Of a DNA stretch of 64,000 nucleotides, positions 12,556 through 24,850 are shown piece after piece. The notes under the pieces were generated by a model that saw nothing but the letters and a program-made list of their open reading frames with translations, was not told the origin of the DNA and did no database searches. Numbering within the stretch: the stretch's first letter is position 1; every line of letters begins with the position of its first letter. The translations under genes were made by a program, and so were the position numbers. Source of the DNA: Tubulanus polymorphus (Eukaryota > Animalia > Nemertea); the NCBI RefSeq assembly GCF_964204645.1, contig NC_134025.1, positions 17,831,101-17,895,100 on the forward strand, given 5' to 3'.

Positions 12556-15500
12556 TCACAACCCAAGTGGCAATCAACCCGTATTCAAATTATTATAAAT
12601 TGAAGATTTCAAAGGTGGCACGTTCTCTCCAGGAAAAGAAGAAACATAGTTCATATGAAGTAGAAGATTAAGAAATTATATAAACGGAAGCCAAATCATT
12701 CATTACGAGCGGGTGGATCCGATTGTTTTTTGAATTTTTGCTACGCTGGGTGGCCCCGCAACCGCCAATTCGTTCGTTGGAATTAATACAATTTATATCT
12801 TCCAGTTATGATGGGATTGGGATTTTGAAAAATCAATCTTCTGAGAATAGAATGGTACCGGCATTAGTAGTACGTATTTAAAGTTAAAGTATCACGTAGT
12901 AATAGACTGCTTAGAGGGTGGATGATATCCTCGTTAGTAAGCCTGTACCATGAAGTTCGTTATTGGGTTATCATAAAGACGTTCTTCTAAATAATCCAGA
13001 CGGTAAATATGGACCGAACCTCAACTGCATATTAAAACACAACAAGGTGACAACTGCAGTCCTTGGTATGCCGATGTGATGAATAAATTCGACGATCATA
13101 CAAACATTTCTGGGACAAAAATCAGCGGTCAGATAATTTCCTAGAATAGGCATTTAAGTCCAACTTTCCCTAGTTGAATAGCTCACAGACTTGGAATCAT
13201 ACCGAAAATAACAAAAGTGGAATTTATTCATATTTCACTCGGAATAAACCGAGGAAAGATTTTGGCGTACGATGGCGATCAAGATAACTTTTGAAATCTA
13301 AGAATAGTTGATTCCTAGTCTTAGTTTCGTCAAGCGACTCCATTTTGTTAAAATGTAATCATTCCTAGCTCACAAACGATATAAACCTCGAAAATCACTA
13401 ACTTTAATAATTCTAGATCTCGAGTCGGAAGTTACCAATAATCCCTTAATGTGAAATTAGTGATGTCCAGCTCAGAGACTAGAAATTTACACAAACACTC
13501 GTGAAAAAAAGGGCGATGATTAACTCAGAAACTCAGAATGTACCTAACAAAATCACTTTTGAAATTAAAAGGGCAATGATTTCAACTCACATTAACTCGG
13601 AATTTACCCAAAAAGTCAGTTGCGAAATTAAAAAAAGATGATTTCAGCTCAGAAACTCAGAATTTACCTATTTCACTTCAGAAATGTAGCGTTGTGACAT
13701 CGCTCTCTTGAAAAGAATCCATTGTTGTTCTGGTGAGTTGTGTGTGATCCCGGTTGTCAATGCGAAATTAAAAGGGCGATGATTTCGGCTCAAACTCGGA
13801 ATTTACCTAAAAGTCGCTTGCGAAATTAAAAGGGCGATCATTTCGGCTCAGAAACTCGGAATTTACCTAAAAGTCGCTTGCGAAATTAAAAGGGCGATCA
13901 TTTCAGCTCAGAAACAGGAATTTACCTAAAAAGTCGCTAGCGAAATTAAAAGGGCGATGATTTCGGCCCAGAAACTCGGAATTTACCTAAAAAGTCGCTT
14001 GCACTTAAAAGGGCGATGATATCGGCCCAGAAACTCGGCATTTACCTAAAAAGTCGCTTGCGAAATTAAAAGGGCGATCATTTCGGCCCAGAAACTTAGA
14101 ATTTACCTAAAAAGTCGCTTGCGAAATTAAAAGGGCGATCATTTAGGGCTTCTTTCTGGTCAAGACTTGGTCTTTGTAGAGATATCAGTGTCATTCTGTT
14201 GTCACACAATTTGCTATGTTACAAAATACGTATGTCACCATCTTGTCAGGCAGTCTGTATATTGAATAAGATTTTGTACTAGAAGTGGACAATAAATATA
14301 GAATTGCCAGTAAAAAAGATTTAGTCGTGATGGATTTTATACTTAATTTCTAGCAAAAATCATGTATGGTCCATGAGGAGAGGAAAATATTGCAAATATC
14401 CAGTTGATCTGAATAACTAGTCTATCCCAACTTGCTGTCTGTATCATAAGGAATATATGTAGAGATGCCGCGTTGGATCCAAATATCTAATATCACAAAA
14501 CTGACAAGGAGTTCAACTATTGTAAACTTTATTCGGACTTTAGTCATTTTCACATCATCAGAAACACAACAATTGAGTGAATATATTTTACATTATGGTT
14601 GACAAAGAAACCATGTCGCCCTTCAGCCAAGTTCCCTCTGAATGTCTATCAGCTGATCCCTTTTTCTTACCTACGAAATTAATAAGTATCAATTCAGTAG
14701 TGGCTATTTGAATTCCGAGTAATATCAGCGGATTAATTCGATACTCACAGCAATTAATGCCTTTTCTTCGGTCTTCAAATTTCCGTTTGTTTGCTGATTA
14801 CATTTATGATTCATAGATTATCAGCTGATATACTGTAATCAATCATTCCAGTGCGATTTTGATATTACTCTTAGTTTCGCTTATTCGATGAGACGCCATT
14901 GAGCCAATTGTTTATCGGAACTCTATAGTGGATAAATAAACAACATCGACAAAAGGTATTTCTGTGATATTTTGAATTTATTTGCAGTTTAAATTTAGCG
15001 CCATTCTCATTAAAATCCAAGCCAGTTTACAATCCCCTGTGGTGCTCTGTGCACGCGGCAACAACCAGGGACGCATTTCCATGATTATATTGTATTCTTT
15101 CCAGAGATAGCATAGCATTCATGAGACGTGTAGGCTATTTCTGACTTAGTTTTAGGTCCTGGACCTGGTTTAGTACATACCTTACCATACTGATTTTCAA
15201 CGGATCGGCAGACTTCAACTCCAAACATTCGACTTCCACGCTGCCGCCGTGAACTGAACGTTGGACTGTTTGAGATCAGTCAGGATTAGGGTCGTTTCGC
15301 CTATCGCTTAGCATTTTCGATTTCGGCATAGTCTATCTTAGTAGACTGGTTCCGGGCTCTGGGAGCTCAGACCGCTATTCTGTCACAACCCAAGTGGCAA
15401 TCACCCCGTATTCAAACTATTATAAATTGAAGATTTCAAAGGTGGCACTATGATTCTTTCGTCTAAATAATCCAGACGGAAAATATGGAGCGAACCTCAA

Positions 15501-16327
15501 CTGCATATCAAAACACAACAAGGTGACAACTGCAGTCCTTGGTATGCCGATGTGATGAATAAATTCGACGATCATTCAAACATTTCGGGGACAAAAATCA
15601 GCGGTCAGATAATTTCCTAGTATTGGCATTTAAGTCCAACTTTCTGAATAGCTCACAGACTTGGAATCATACCGAAAATAGCAATAGTGGAATTTATTCC
15701 TATTTCACTCGGAATAAACCGAGGAAAAATTTTGTGCTAAGTGGCGTACGATGGCGATCAAGATAACTTTTGAAATCTAAGAATAGTTGATTCCTAGTCT
15801 TAGTTTCATCAAGCGACTCCCTTTTGTTAAAATGTAATCATTCCTAGCTCACAAACAATATAAACCTCGAAAATCACTAACTAAAATGAGTCTAGATCTC
15901 GAGTCGGAAGTTACCAATAACCCCTTAATTTGAAATTAAACTAGTGATGTCCAGCTCAGAGACTCGAGATTTACACAAACACTCGTGAAAAAAGACGATG
16001 ATTAACTCAGAAACTCAGAATGTACTAACAAAATCACTTTTGAAATTAAAAGGGCAATGATTTCAGCACACAGAAACTCGGAATTTACCTACAAAGTCAC
16101 TTGCGGAATTTAAAAAAAAAATGATTTGCAGCTCAGAAACTCAGAATTTACCTAAATCACTTGTAAAATGCGATGATTTCACTTCAGAAATGTAGCAGTG
16201 TGACATCGCTCTCTTGAAAAGAATCCATTGTTATTCTGGTGAGTTGTGTGTGATCCCGGTTGTCACTGCGAAATTAAAAGGGGGATGATTTCAGCTCAGA
16301 AACTCGGAATTTACCAAAAAAGTCGCT
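12556..16327 (+). repeat. Local duplication (12556-13830 vs 15383-16327)
   Basis: A shared block of ~0.9 kb (tcacaacccaagtggcaatc..., ctaaataatccagacgg..., gatcccggttgtca) at high identity. Confidence 0.85.
13762..14143 (+). repeat. ~60-bp tandem repeat, about 6.5 copies (degenerate copies from ~13460)
   Basis: Unit gcgaaattaaaagggcgatcatttcggctcagaaactcggaatttacctaaaagtcgctt. Confidence 0.9.
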
Positions 16328-19300
16328 CAGAATCACCTTAACAAATTTCGTTTCGGTTATCTCAGTTCTCAATTTTATTCAACCGCAGTCCCGACATCAA
16401 CATGGCGCCATAAACATCCCGACATCAACAGCCCGATGAAGGTCCTCCAGAGTGGTCGGATCATTAGGGACTTACAATGAAAGGGTGTTGAAGCTTGAAT
16501 ATTCCAATATATCGTAGTATGAAAAGGATAACTCGTACCAACCATGCCTATGGTCCACACCGGTACTTAAGGCGTAACATGGCTGGTGATTCCTACGAAA
16601 AAGGCAGGGGCGGCGGATCCAGATTCCAATCCAGGGGCATGTTGTGACCATGTCTACCAATAAAATGGGCATATTAGAGGAGCAGCCAGGTCCTATCTTG
16701 CAAAATAAGCTTTAGAGATTCTCATTGACACATTTGCTCTGCTCGGGATATTACGGTATGTTGTAATAGGGGGGTCATGTTGTACGGTTCTGCAGAATTT
16801 CGGCAATTTGACCGATTTTGCGACACTTAAAAGATTTTAACGCAATATATTTCATCAAATTATGAAATTTAGAAATAAGTTCTCCCCCAGGTGGAAAAAT
16901 AAAGTAGTTTAAGTGTATATTGCAAAAGGTTTTAGTTAGATTCGTTAAGCCATCGCTCTCGCCTTTTGGGGTTAAATTTGGGAAGTATCGAAAAAATTTC
17001 TAAATCCGGGCATTTTCATTCACTTCCGGGTTCGCGTAAACGTTTGTTTACATGTGTAAATCAGCTGTTTACGCTAGTTATAAGTTGTTTTAAGTCATTT
17101 TCTCTCAGAATCAATGAAATTTATGATAATTACTTTATTTTGAGCAACTTTGGGGAAGATGTCGCCGATAAAGCTCAAGAAATCCCGTGTGTCATTCTGA
17201 AGGCCTTAGGCCAACCTCATCAATCACATTGAAAAAGCAGCTAGATGAACCCCTGCCTCTCCCCAATAAAAATGTCCATATAAAACCTAAACTGAAGTGA
17301 AAATACAATATTCATTTATCAAAAAATAATTTATTTATGTTTTTCAAGCTACAATTAAACGTCCAAAGCTGACTCACTACTCTTAGTCAATTATCATCTT
17401 CCTTGGACTTGGGCCGCCACAAAATTTATAATTGCTGTATTTTATTGCTAATATAAAATTCTCAATCCACAATTCCATTAATTTATCTATATTGAAGCTT
17501 ATTTGGGTACGACGGTTGCAGTTTGAATAACTCCATCTCAGTGATCGAGAGTTAAAGCTTTTAGGACTTGGCCTACACATTTTGCATAATGATTCTTTTA
17601 AGAGGGGTTGGCTTATTTAACATCATAGTTCTTAAGAGTCACCTGCAAAAGATAAAAGTTCCTTCTTCAAGTACTTTATATACCATAAAGGTTCTTTCTG
17701 GATCTTCTTTAGCTGCGAGGATCCAATAGGCCTAACCCGACTTGGCCTAAATTTGAAATTCAAGAATTCTTACTGGATTTTCTTACCAATGAACCGAATG
17801 CATGAATCCTGATTAAATAGATGAAGCTGGGGTGAATACGATCAGTTTGATACCAATCATGATGCGTTTTTGAGTTTGAAATACTTTCCGAGCGCCGGCA
17901 ACCATTTTAATCCCAAAAATCAAGTGTTGCTATTGTGGTTACCATGGCAACCAATTTTTATGTGTTGCGATGTCTGCGGTAAATTATAGTCAGATATATT
18001 TATCCTTGTAAACTTGTAAGACAAATTAGTAAACATTTATCCTTTGTTTTTAGCTGATAAATACCTGGAACTGGCAATGAGCCAATTAATTAAGCTAATT
18101 ACCCTTAATTGGCTAAGTTAATAATTAGTTTAAGTTTTATAATCAATAGGGAAACTATAATTCTGAATTTTCCCAAAGTTTGATTGAAATCGGATGACAA
18201 TTCCAAAAGATATACAAGTTTCTTTTCTACTTTCAATTATTTCTTTACTAAGAAATTGATCATTTAGAATTTTTAATGATATAGGTAGTCAATCAGAATT
18301 GGTAAATTTGGGGAAGTATATCCAATCGGGATTTGAATATTATATTTAATTTTATGCTTGACTTATATTGTACAGTACGCTATGTCCTATGCACTCTTTC
18401 TTGTAAATATTTTTGTAATCCTAGTAATGTATATATGTATTATATTGTTTTCTTCTAATCCGCTGTTCATTGACGATCATGTCATTTGATTATAATGAAT
18501 AAACAAACTTGAAACTTGAAACTTTGTTCACCATTTGACCTTGTGACCTTTAGTTCATTTCTTAATGAAGACTCTATGGCTGAGAAGTGTGATTTTCAGC
18601 CGACAAATTCCTTCATAACTTTTGAACGGCTTGACCGAATTTAGTTCTGTAAATTGCTATGATCTTATATTAAACCCTTCTTTCATCTAGGCCTTTTAAA
18701 TTGTTTGTATAGTGTTTGGAAAATTTTCACTTGAAAACCCTACCAGATCTGGTGATGGTCGTTTCCATGGTAAAAGGTGGTTTTTTTACGATTACGATTT
18801 TATTTACACTCCAACCATTTTCATGGTAAATGGAGGAAAACTATTACACATGTATATACAAATATTTACAAAACAACACTGAAGTGATTTAAATTTAGAG
18901 AATGAAAACGTAACAAAATATATATACATCAGCTATTTACAATACTATATATACTATTAGAGGGATCTATATAGGCCTAAGCCGGTCTTAATGAATTTAG
19001 CTAATTTGACCGTTGGGTTTTTCAGAATATCAAGGGTATTGAAAGTCAAATAGTTTTTGCGGAAAATTTTTCATTTTTTCTAAATGAAGGTTTGAAAATT
19101 TGTTCACAGGTAAAATATAGGACCCGACCCTAAATTCAAATAAACTAGTTCCTAAGTCATCACCAAGTTCAATTATATACTTCTCTAACCTAATATCATT
19201 TTTATATTGCCTAAAGTTAGTGTATATCGGATTAGTATTTGTGGCAGATACGGTTTATTGAAGGTGCTCGTTACGGAGTATCTGTTTTATTCGTTTTGAA

Positions 19301-19429
19301 AAAGATTTACTGTTTGTCATGAATTGCTGCGTCCAAATGCAGGACAAACCACAGTCATCAAAGGTTTTCTTTATATATGATAACCAAGGGCTCTTAAATT
19401 TATCCCTTAAAAATAAATTGAAAGATATT

Positions 19430-19848
19430 AGTAATTGTATAGGCCTATATGTTGTTCTAGACCAAAGGTCGAACGGTCGAGCTCACTAAAAAAAAACAAA
19501 TATTATAAGTAATTTAAAACTATAATATATTTTCATAGCCGTGCGTATTTTAAATTATAAATAAATATTTATTCTAAAATATTAATAATTTTAATTTTAT
19601 AAAGCATATTGTATTAAACCAATTGGTCACGTCGCTTCGCTCCGCTCCCAATTGATTTAATACAATACACAATAAAGAATATATTCATATAATCAAATAT
19701 ATAATAATAATAATAATTATTCGATTATTTAATCTAAAGTACATGCGGCTATGAAAGTATATTATAGTTTTAAATTACTTTTAATATTTGTTTTCTAATG
19801 AGCCCAATCTTTCAACCTTTAATCTAGTACGACATATATACAATTACT
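19430..19848. repeat. Terminal repeat of copy A: ~420-bp imperfect palindrome
   Basis: agtaattgtata...accaaaggtcgaa...caattggtc[GC-rich apex]caattg...ttcaaccttt...tatacaattact; homologous to the reverse complement of 57328-57730. Confidence 0.85.
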
Positions 19849-20089
19849 CTAATATTTTTATATATGGATATTTTGTATATGAATAACTTTAAAAATCAAT
19901 TTCAATAAAAAATTTGTTATTAAAATGGAAGCAAATAAGAAGTACTACTGTCCAACATGTAAAATCAATATAGATAAATCTCAAAAAGCAAGACACAATA
20001 AAACTAAAACACATTTAGAAAATAAATTGAAATTAGAATAAAAAGATGATATATTAGAAACTAAATTAGAAGAATTAAGGTGCAATAAA

Positions 20090-20490
20090 AGTTGATAACT
20101 ATTATAATCCTGAAATATCAAGAGTAGAAATAACAATTGAAGGTATAGCAAATGAAATATTTTGTCAAGGAATTAGAATGATAGTTCAATGGAATCAGAG
20201 AAATTAAAAAACATTTCATGATTGAAAAAAATAAATTATCTGAAGATTGTAATATCAATCAAATTGATTACTATCCCGGCAATAAATATGCATTATGGTT
20301 AGATTTTAGAACAACTGAGGATAACTTAATACTTGGTTCTGGGAAAAAATTACAAAATACAAAAGATGGAATACAATTATTCATGAAAAAGAAAAAAAGA
20401 GGTTTAAATTATAAAATGCGTATTCATATTATATCTGATGCGAAAATAAATATTATAAATTCTCAATTAGATAGTGTTATGTATCAAAAT
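20090..20490 (+). pseudogene. Major capsid protein, C-terminal fragment
   Basis: VDNYYNPEISRVEITIEG matches the end of the copy C capsid gene; continues YALWLDFRTTEDN...GSG...GIQL. Confidence 0.7.
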
Positions 20491-20519
20491 AAAACTTTTA
20501 ATAAAAAATTGTATAATAA

Positions 20520-21290
20520 ATGGATGAAGGTTAAGTATATAAACATATTCCATACAATGATACACATGAAAATAATGATGGTCTATATTATATAATACCT
20601 TGTAATATAGCTTTAATATTTGATCCTATTTTTAGAAATTAAAAAATAAACTTATCGAAATCGATAATAATTTAATTGAAACCGAAAATAATAAAAGTGG
20701 TGTTGTTGATAATTTAAGTAATGAAATTGATAATGATGTTATTCCTTCTACATCTAATAATGTTATTCCTTCTACATCGAATAATGTTATTCCTTCTTCA
20801 TCTAATGGAATAATAAATTATAGTGATAATAGAAATTATTGTGGATATTGTAATGGTGAATTTTCAAACGCTCCAACAAATTGGAATAATCATATGAATA
20901 CAAATACACATATTACTAATGTTATAAAAAGTGTTGGTTTAAGAGAATTTATAGAACATCCATTTAGATATGTCATAAAATTTGTTTCAAATAATAAAGT
21001 AAATGGTAAAGAATTATATAAAGAATTATTAGTTAATTTTTTATTCAAGGATCCTAAAGAATCATGTTTAAACTCATGAAAGACGAATTAGATTTAACTG
21101 ATGCAAAACACATATTAGGGTCTAACACTATGAATTATATGAAACTGAGAATAGAAAATATAGTTACAGGTAAGCGTATTGTTTATGATAATGAAGATTC
21201 TATGAAACTGAAAACAGAAAATAAAGTTACAGCTTACAAACCTTATCTAAGGATCTTTTAGAGTCTGATGATGAAATAGTCTGATGATAA
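20520..21290 (+). pseudogene. Zinc-finger protein (homologue of 51457-52185)
   Basis: Shared KHIPY..GLYY.IPCNIALIFDPIF, CxxC..H..H and GLREFIEHPFRY motifs; frameshifted. Confidence 0.75.
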
Positions 21291-21644
21291 ATAATTCAGA
21301 TAGTAAATATAATATATTGGTTGAAAATACAAAATATATTACATAAATAATAGTTAATTAAGGGGTCTCAAGCATGTATGTATCTTATACGTATTAGATA
21401 CGTATTAATTGAAATAATCTAAATTATAATTTTATTCTTTAAATTTATATTCATATGGAAATTGAAACCTCAGTAATAATTTAGAACCTTTATTATTTTT
21501 TAATTTATTCATATATTTGTTGAAAATTTAAAATATATTGTATGAATAAAAGTTAATTTAAAAAGGGGGTCTCAGGAATTTATGTACCTAATACGTATTT
21601 AATACGTATTTAAAACGTATTATTCGAGATATCTTTTACTGAGG

Positions 21645-22190
21645 TTATTTTAAAAATTTATATTCATATGGAAATTGTAGTCTCAGTAATAATTTAGAAC
21701 CTTTATTATTTTTAATTTATTCATATATTCATCGTGTAATTCAGTAGGTATGATTTGATTATCTTCCAGAGATTGTTGCATAGATTTTCTATCTTTGTTA
21801 TAGAATAATACTAAAAATCTAATATTCTCTCTAAAATCTTTCACAATTGAATTATATTTTTGATTTAAAACCCATGTTGTTATCCCAAAATGTCTCCCCG
21901 AGAAAGCTAGATAGCTTAGTTCACTTTCTCCAACTTTTGAATCATGTAATTTTTATACAATTATCTAAGTTATTCTTTACAGAAGTAGGATTTAATATAA
22001 TAAATCTTTTATCTTTAAAATTATATCTCTATTATACGTTTCATTCATTTCATAAAATAATATTATATTATCAAAATGATTCTTATAAACAGTTTCTAAT
22101 GAATTCAATATGAAATGTGTTTTACCACAATTTGTTACTCCAGTAACTAACTTATCATGTGGTTCAAATATAAATAATCTTTATTAATTT
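21645..22190 (-). pseudogene. Packaging ATPase (A32/FtsK-like), degraded
   Basis: Reverse-complement homologue of 56624-57235 (VTGVTNCGKT). Confidence 0.85.
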
Positions 22191-22199
22191 ATTTTTTTT

Positions 22200-23271
22200 A
22201 ATTTCATTTGATAAGATCCATTCATTAAATTTATCATCATACCCTTTATATTTCACCAGAGAATACTTCTTACCACGTAACGTTTTTGTTTTGAATCCTT
22301 TTTCTATTTTGTATTCTATAGCATCTGGATTTGGTACAAGTGATAATTCTTGTTCATAAAAATAGCCTAATATTTCTTCTTCTTGTAAATCTTCTAATTT
22401 ATAAACAAAAGGTTTAGTTAATATTATTTTTTTTAAATTTTAAATATTCGTCAGTAAAATTTGGAGTATAACCTTTGTAAAATGTTTCTCTATATTTAGA
22501 TATTCTTACATGTTGTCCAATTTAGGTTCTCCAAAATCATGTGTAACAAATGCACCATATAAATTATTCCAAACAACTTCTGAATTACATTCTTTTCTAG
22601 CTTGTATAGGTTTCATACCAATACTTGAATGTTTAGAATTATTATAACCTTTCACTAAATCATCTAATACATCGATATATTTATATGTTTCATTAGCAGT
22701 AAAATATTTCCATATTCTACTTTTCTTCAATGTTTTATTAAATCTTTCTATAATAGATGCTTTTTTATCTGAGTGTGTAGAAAAATACTCTACATCGTTA
22801 TCAGATAATAATTTTTTTTAAATGTTTATTATAAAATTCTTTACCTTCATCAAATTGTATCTTATCTGGGATAGCTTCTTTAGATATATTTTTAGATGCA
22901 TTAGTAACTTCTATACCAGTTTTGTTTTTAATTCGAATTGACCATGCGTATCTACTGAATATACCTATAACATTTAATATCAAATAATATCCTTTATTGT
23001 ATTCTTCTAAGTTCTTCATATCTGTTAAATCTGCTTGCCATTGTTGATCAATATATGAAACCATAACTTTTCTTGTTAAATAATCTTTATCCATTTTGGA
23101 TCCATTATGGATTTGATATGTGGGTCGACTTTGTAACCATAATTTCAATTCACTATATTTTATATTTTCATTATCAAATCTTATTTTATGCCATAATTCT
23201 GAAACACTAGAATATGATACTTCACTCTCTGGGTTATAATATAAATCTCTTAAATGTTGTTCTTTTTTCAT
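22200..23271 (-). pseudogene. RVE integrase with C-terminal chromodomain, degraded
   Basis: WQADL, FSRYAW, QFDEGKEF, ERFNKTL and YNNSKHSSI motifs. Confidence 0.9.
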
Positions 23272-23624
23272 CTTATTTGATCCATTAATAATAATTTAGA
23301 TTTATTTTCAATGATTTTATCATTTGATTTATTTTCTTGTATAATATCACCATCATCATTTTTATCAAATTTGAATTTATATATCACACCAGAGAATATA
23401 ATTACTGTGATTAATCCAATTGTAATGTATAAGTTCTTATTTCCAGTATTAGAAGAATTAGATGGTTTATCATTCGAATTAATAACAGATAATTTCTGTG
23501 ATTCATTTATATCAGTTAATTTCTTTTTCTTAGCTTTTTTACACTCAGCAGATTTTCTACCTAATTGCTTTGACAACGCAATTTGTTTTTCAGATCTAGG
23601 CTTTTTTTTAATATCATCACTCAT
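23268..23624 (-). CDS. Small basic protein with one transmembrane segment
   Basis: Intact ORF homologous to 32165-32523 and 55062-55544; hydrophobic LYITIGLITVIIFSGVIY. Confidence 0.7.
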   Translation of the reverse strand: MSDDIKKKPRSEKQIALSKQLGRKSAECKKAKKKKLTDINESQKLSVINSNDKPSNSSNTGNKNLYITIGLITVIIFSGVIYKFKFDKNDDGDIIQENKSNDKIIENKSKLLLMDQIR

Positions 23625-24275
23625 TTATTTTAGTTAATTTTTGTTCTGATTTAATATTATCTGTTTCGATATCTGATTTTTTATCTTTTCTTTGTTCATA
23701 TTATCTAATTCTTGAAAAGTTATTATTTTACCAATAAATTCTTTGTATTTACCACTAGCAATTAGTTACTCAAGTTGATGTTTACAATATAAATAGTATT
23801 CAATATCAATAATATTATTTTGAATACAAATAGTTGTTACATTATCATTATTATTTTCAATTTTGGCTTCGGTTAATCCTAAATCATCTAATGTTTTTTC
23901 AATATCAATATTATTCTTACTCGATTTCTTAGACATTTATTATGAGAAAAAAGTAAAGAAAAATATAATATATTAATACTAGCTAGTTAAAATGCTTTAA
24001 ATTTTAAATACTAGCTAGTTAAGTTAAAGAATTTTTATTCAATTCTATTTAAGTTATAAAGTATTGTCTTTTTTGAAAAGGTATATTAGATTTTGAAAAA
24101 AATTAAAATAGAAATAATGTCTACTTGCAGTTATTGTTTTTTTAATATTTTGTATTTGAATTAGGATTTAATTTCTCACTACTTATGTCTATCTATGTGG
24201 AGCAGTTACTATAAATATCCAGATACTTCATTTCAGATTCTTGGTATTAAATTCCACAAACTATTCTTTAACCAC

Positions 24276-24850
24276 TTAATAAAGATTCAACGTATTGTTC
24301 ATTATTTTGATCATATTGTTCCATAATTCACTAAATTTCTTTGGTTTTGCTAATTGATCTAAATATAATTGTAAATCTAGTTTGTTTCCTTTCCTAGTAT
24401 TTTCTGCTTTTTCTAAAGGTCTTAAATTTTTCCAATTCCAAATTAACTTTTTATTGTATTCATCATTCATGTTAAATTTCGATATAGGTAAAACATGATC
24501 AATATGAAAATAATCTCCATAATTATCTATATTCATTTCATCATTAAACTGATATATAATCCATGATTTTAAGAATTCATCTGAACAACCCAATAAATTT
24601 GTAAGTGTTTCTGAGTGATTATCTTTACTGAATAAACTTGATAATCTATTGCCTAGACATTTGCTCACTTTAAAATTAAAATCTGTTCGACACCTTTCTT
24701 TTTGGTAATTGTTATTATACACTTTAATATGCTCTCTATTATCATTCATCCATTCTCTCATATATACTTTTTTACAACTTTTACAATAACTTTGCTTACC
24801 ATCTTTAGAATATTTATCTTTATAATATTCCGAGAATTGTTTACTTTACC
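24276..24850 (-). pseudogene. HNH endonuclease, 5'-truncated
   Basis: LLGCSDEFLK...NYG.YFHIDHVLP...NLRPL...N..K.NK; cut off at the junction with the PolB fragment. Confidence 0.85.

Larger units (their letters stand above)
19430..24850 (+). mobile_element. Polinton/Maverick copy A (internally deleted, right end lost)
   Basis: Starts with an AGTAAT terminal palindrome, then a ZnF ORF start, MCP 3' end, ZnF gene, and on the minus strand ATPase, integrase, two small genes and HNH. Confidence 0.9.

Noticed and set aside
13762-14143. CRISPR-like array
   Set aside because: Units are contiguous tandem repeats with no unique spacers, there are no cas genes, and the context is eukaryotic.
16375-16700. 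Overlapping minus-strand ORFs in a GC-richer patch
   Set aside because: Short, frameshifted, and no recognisable domain.
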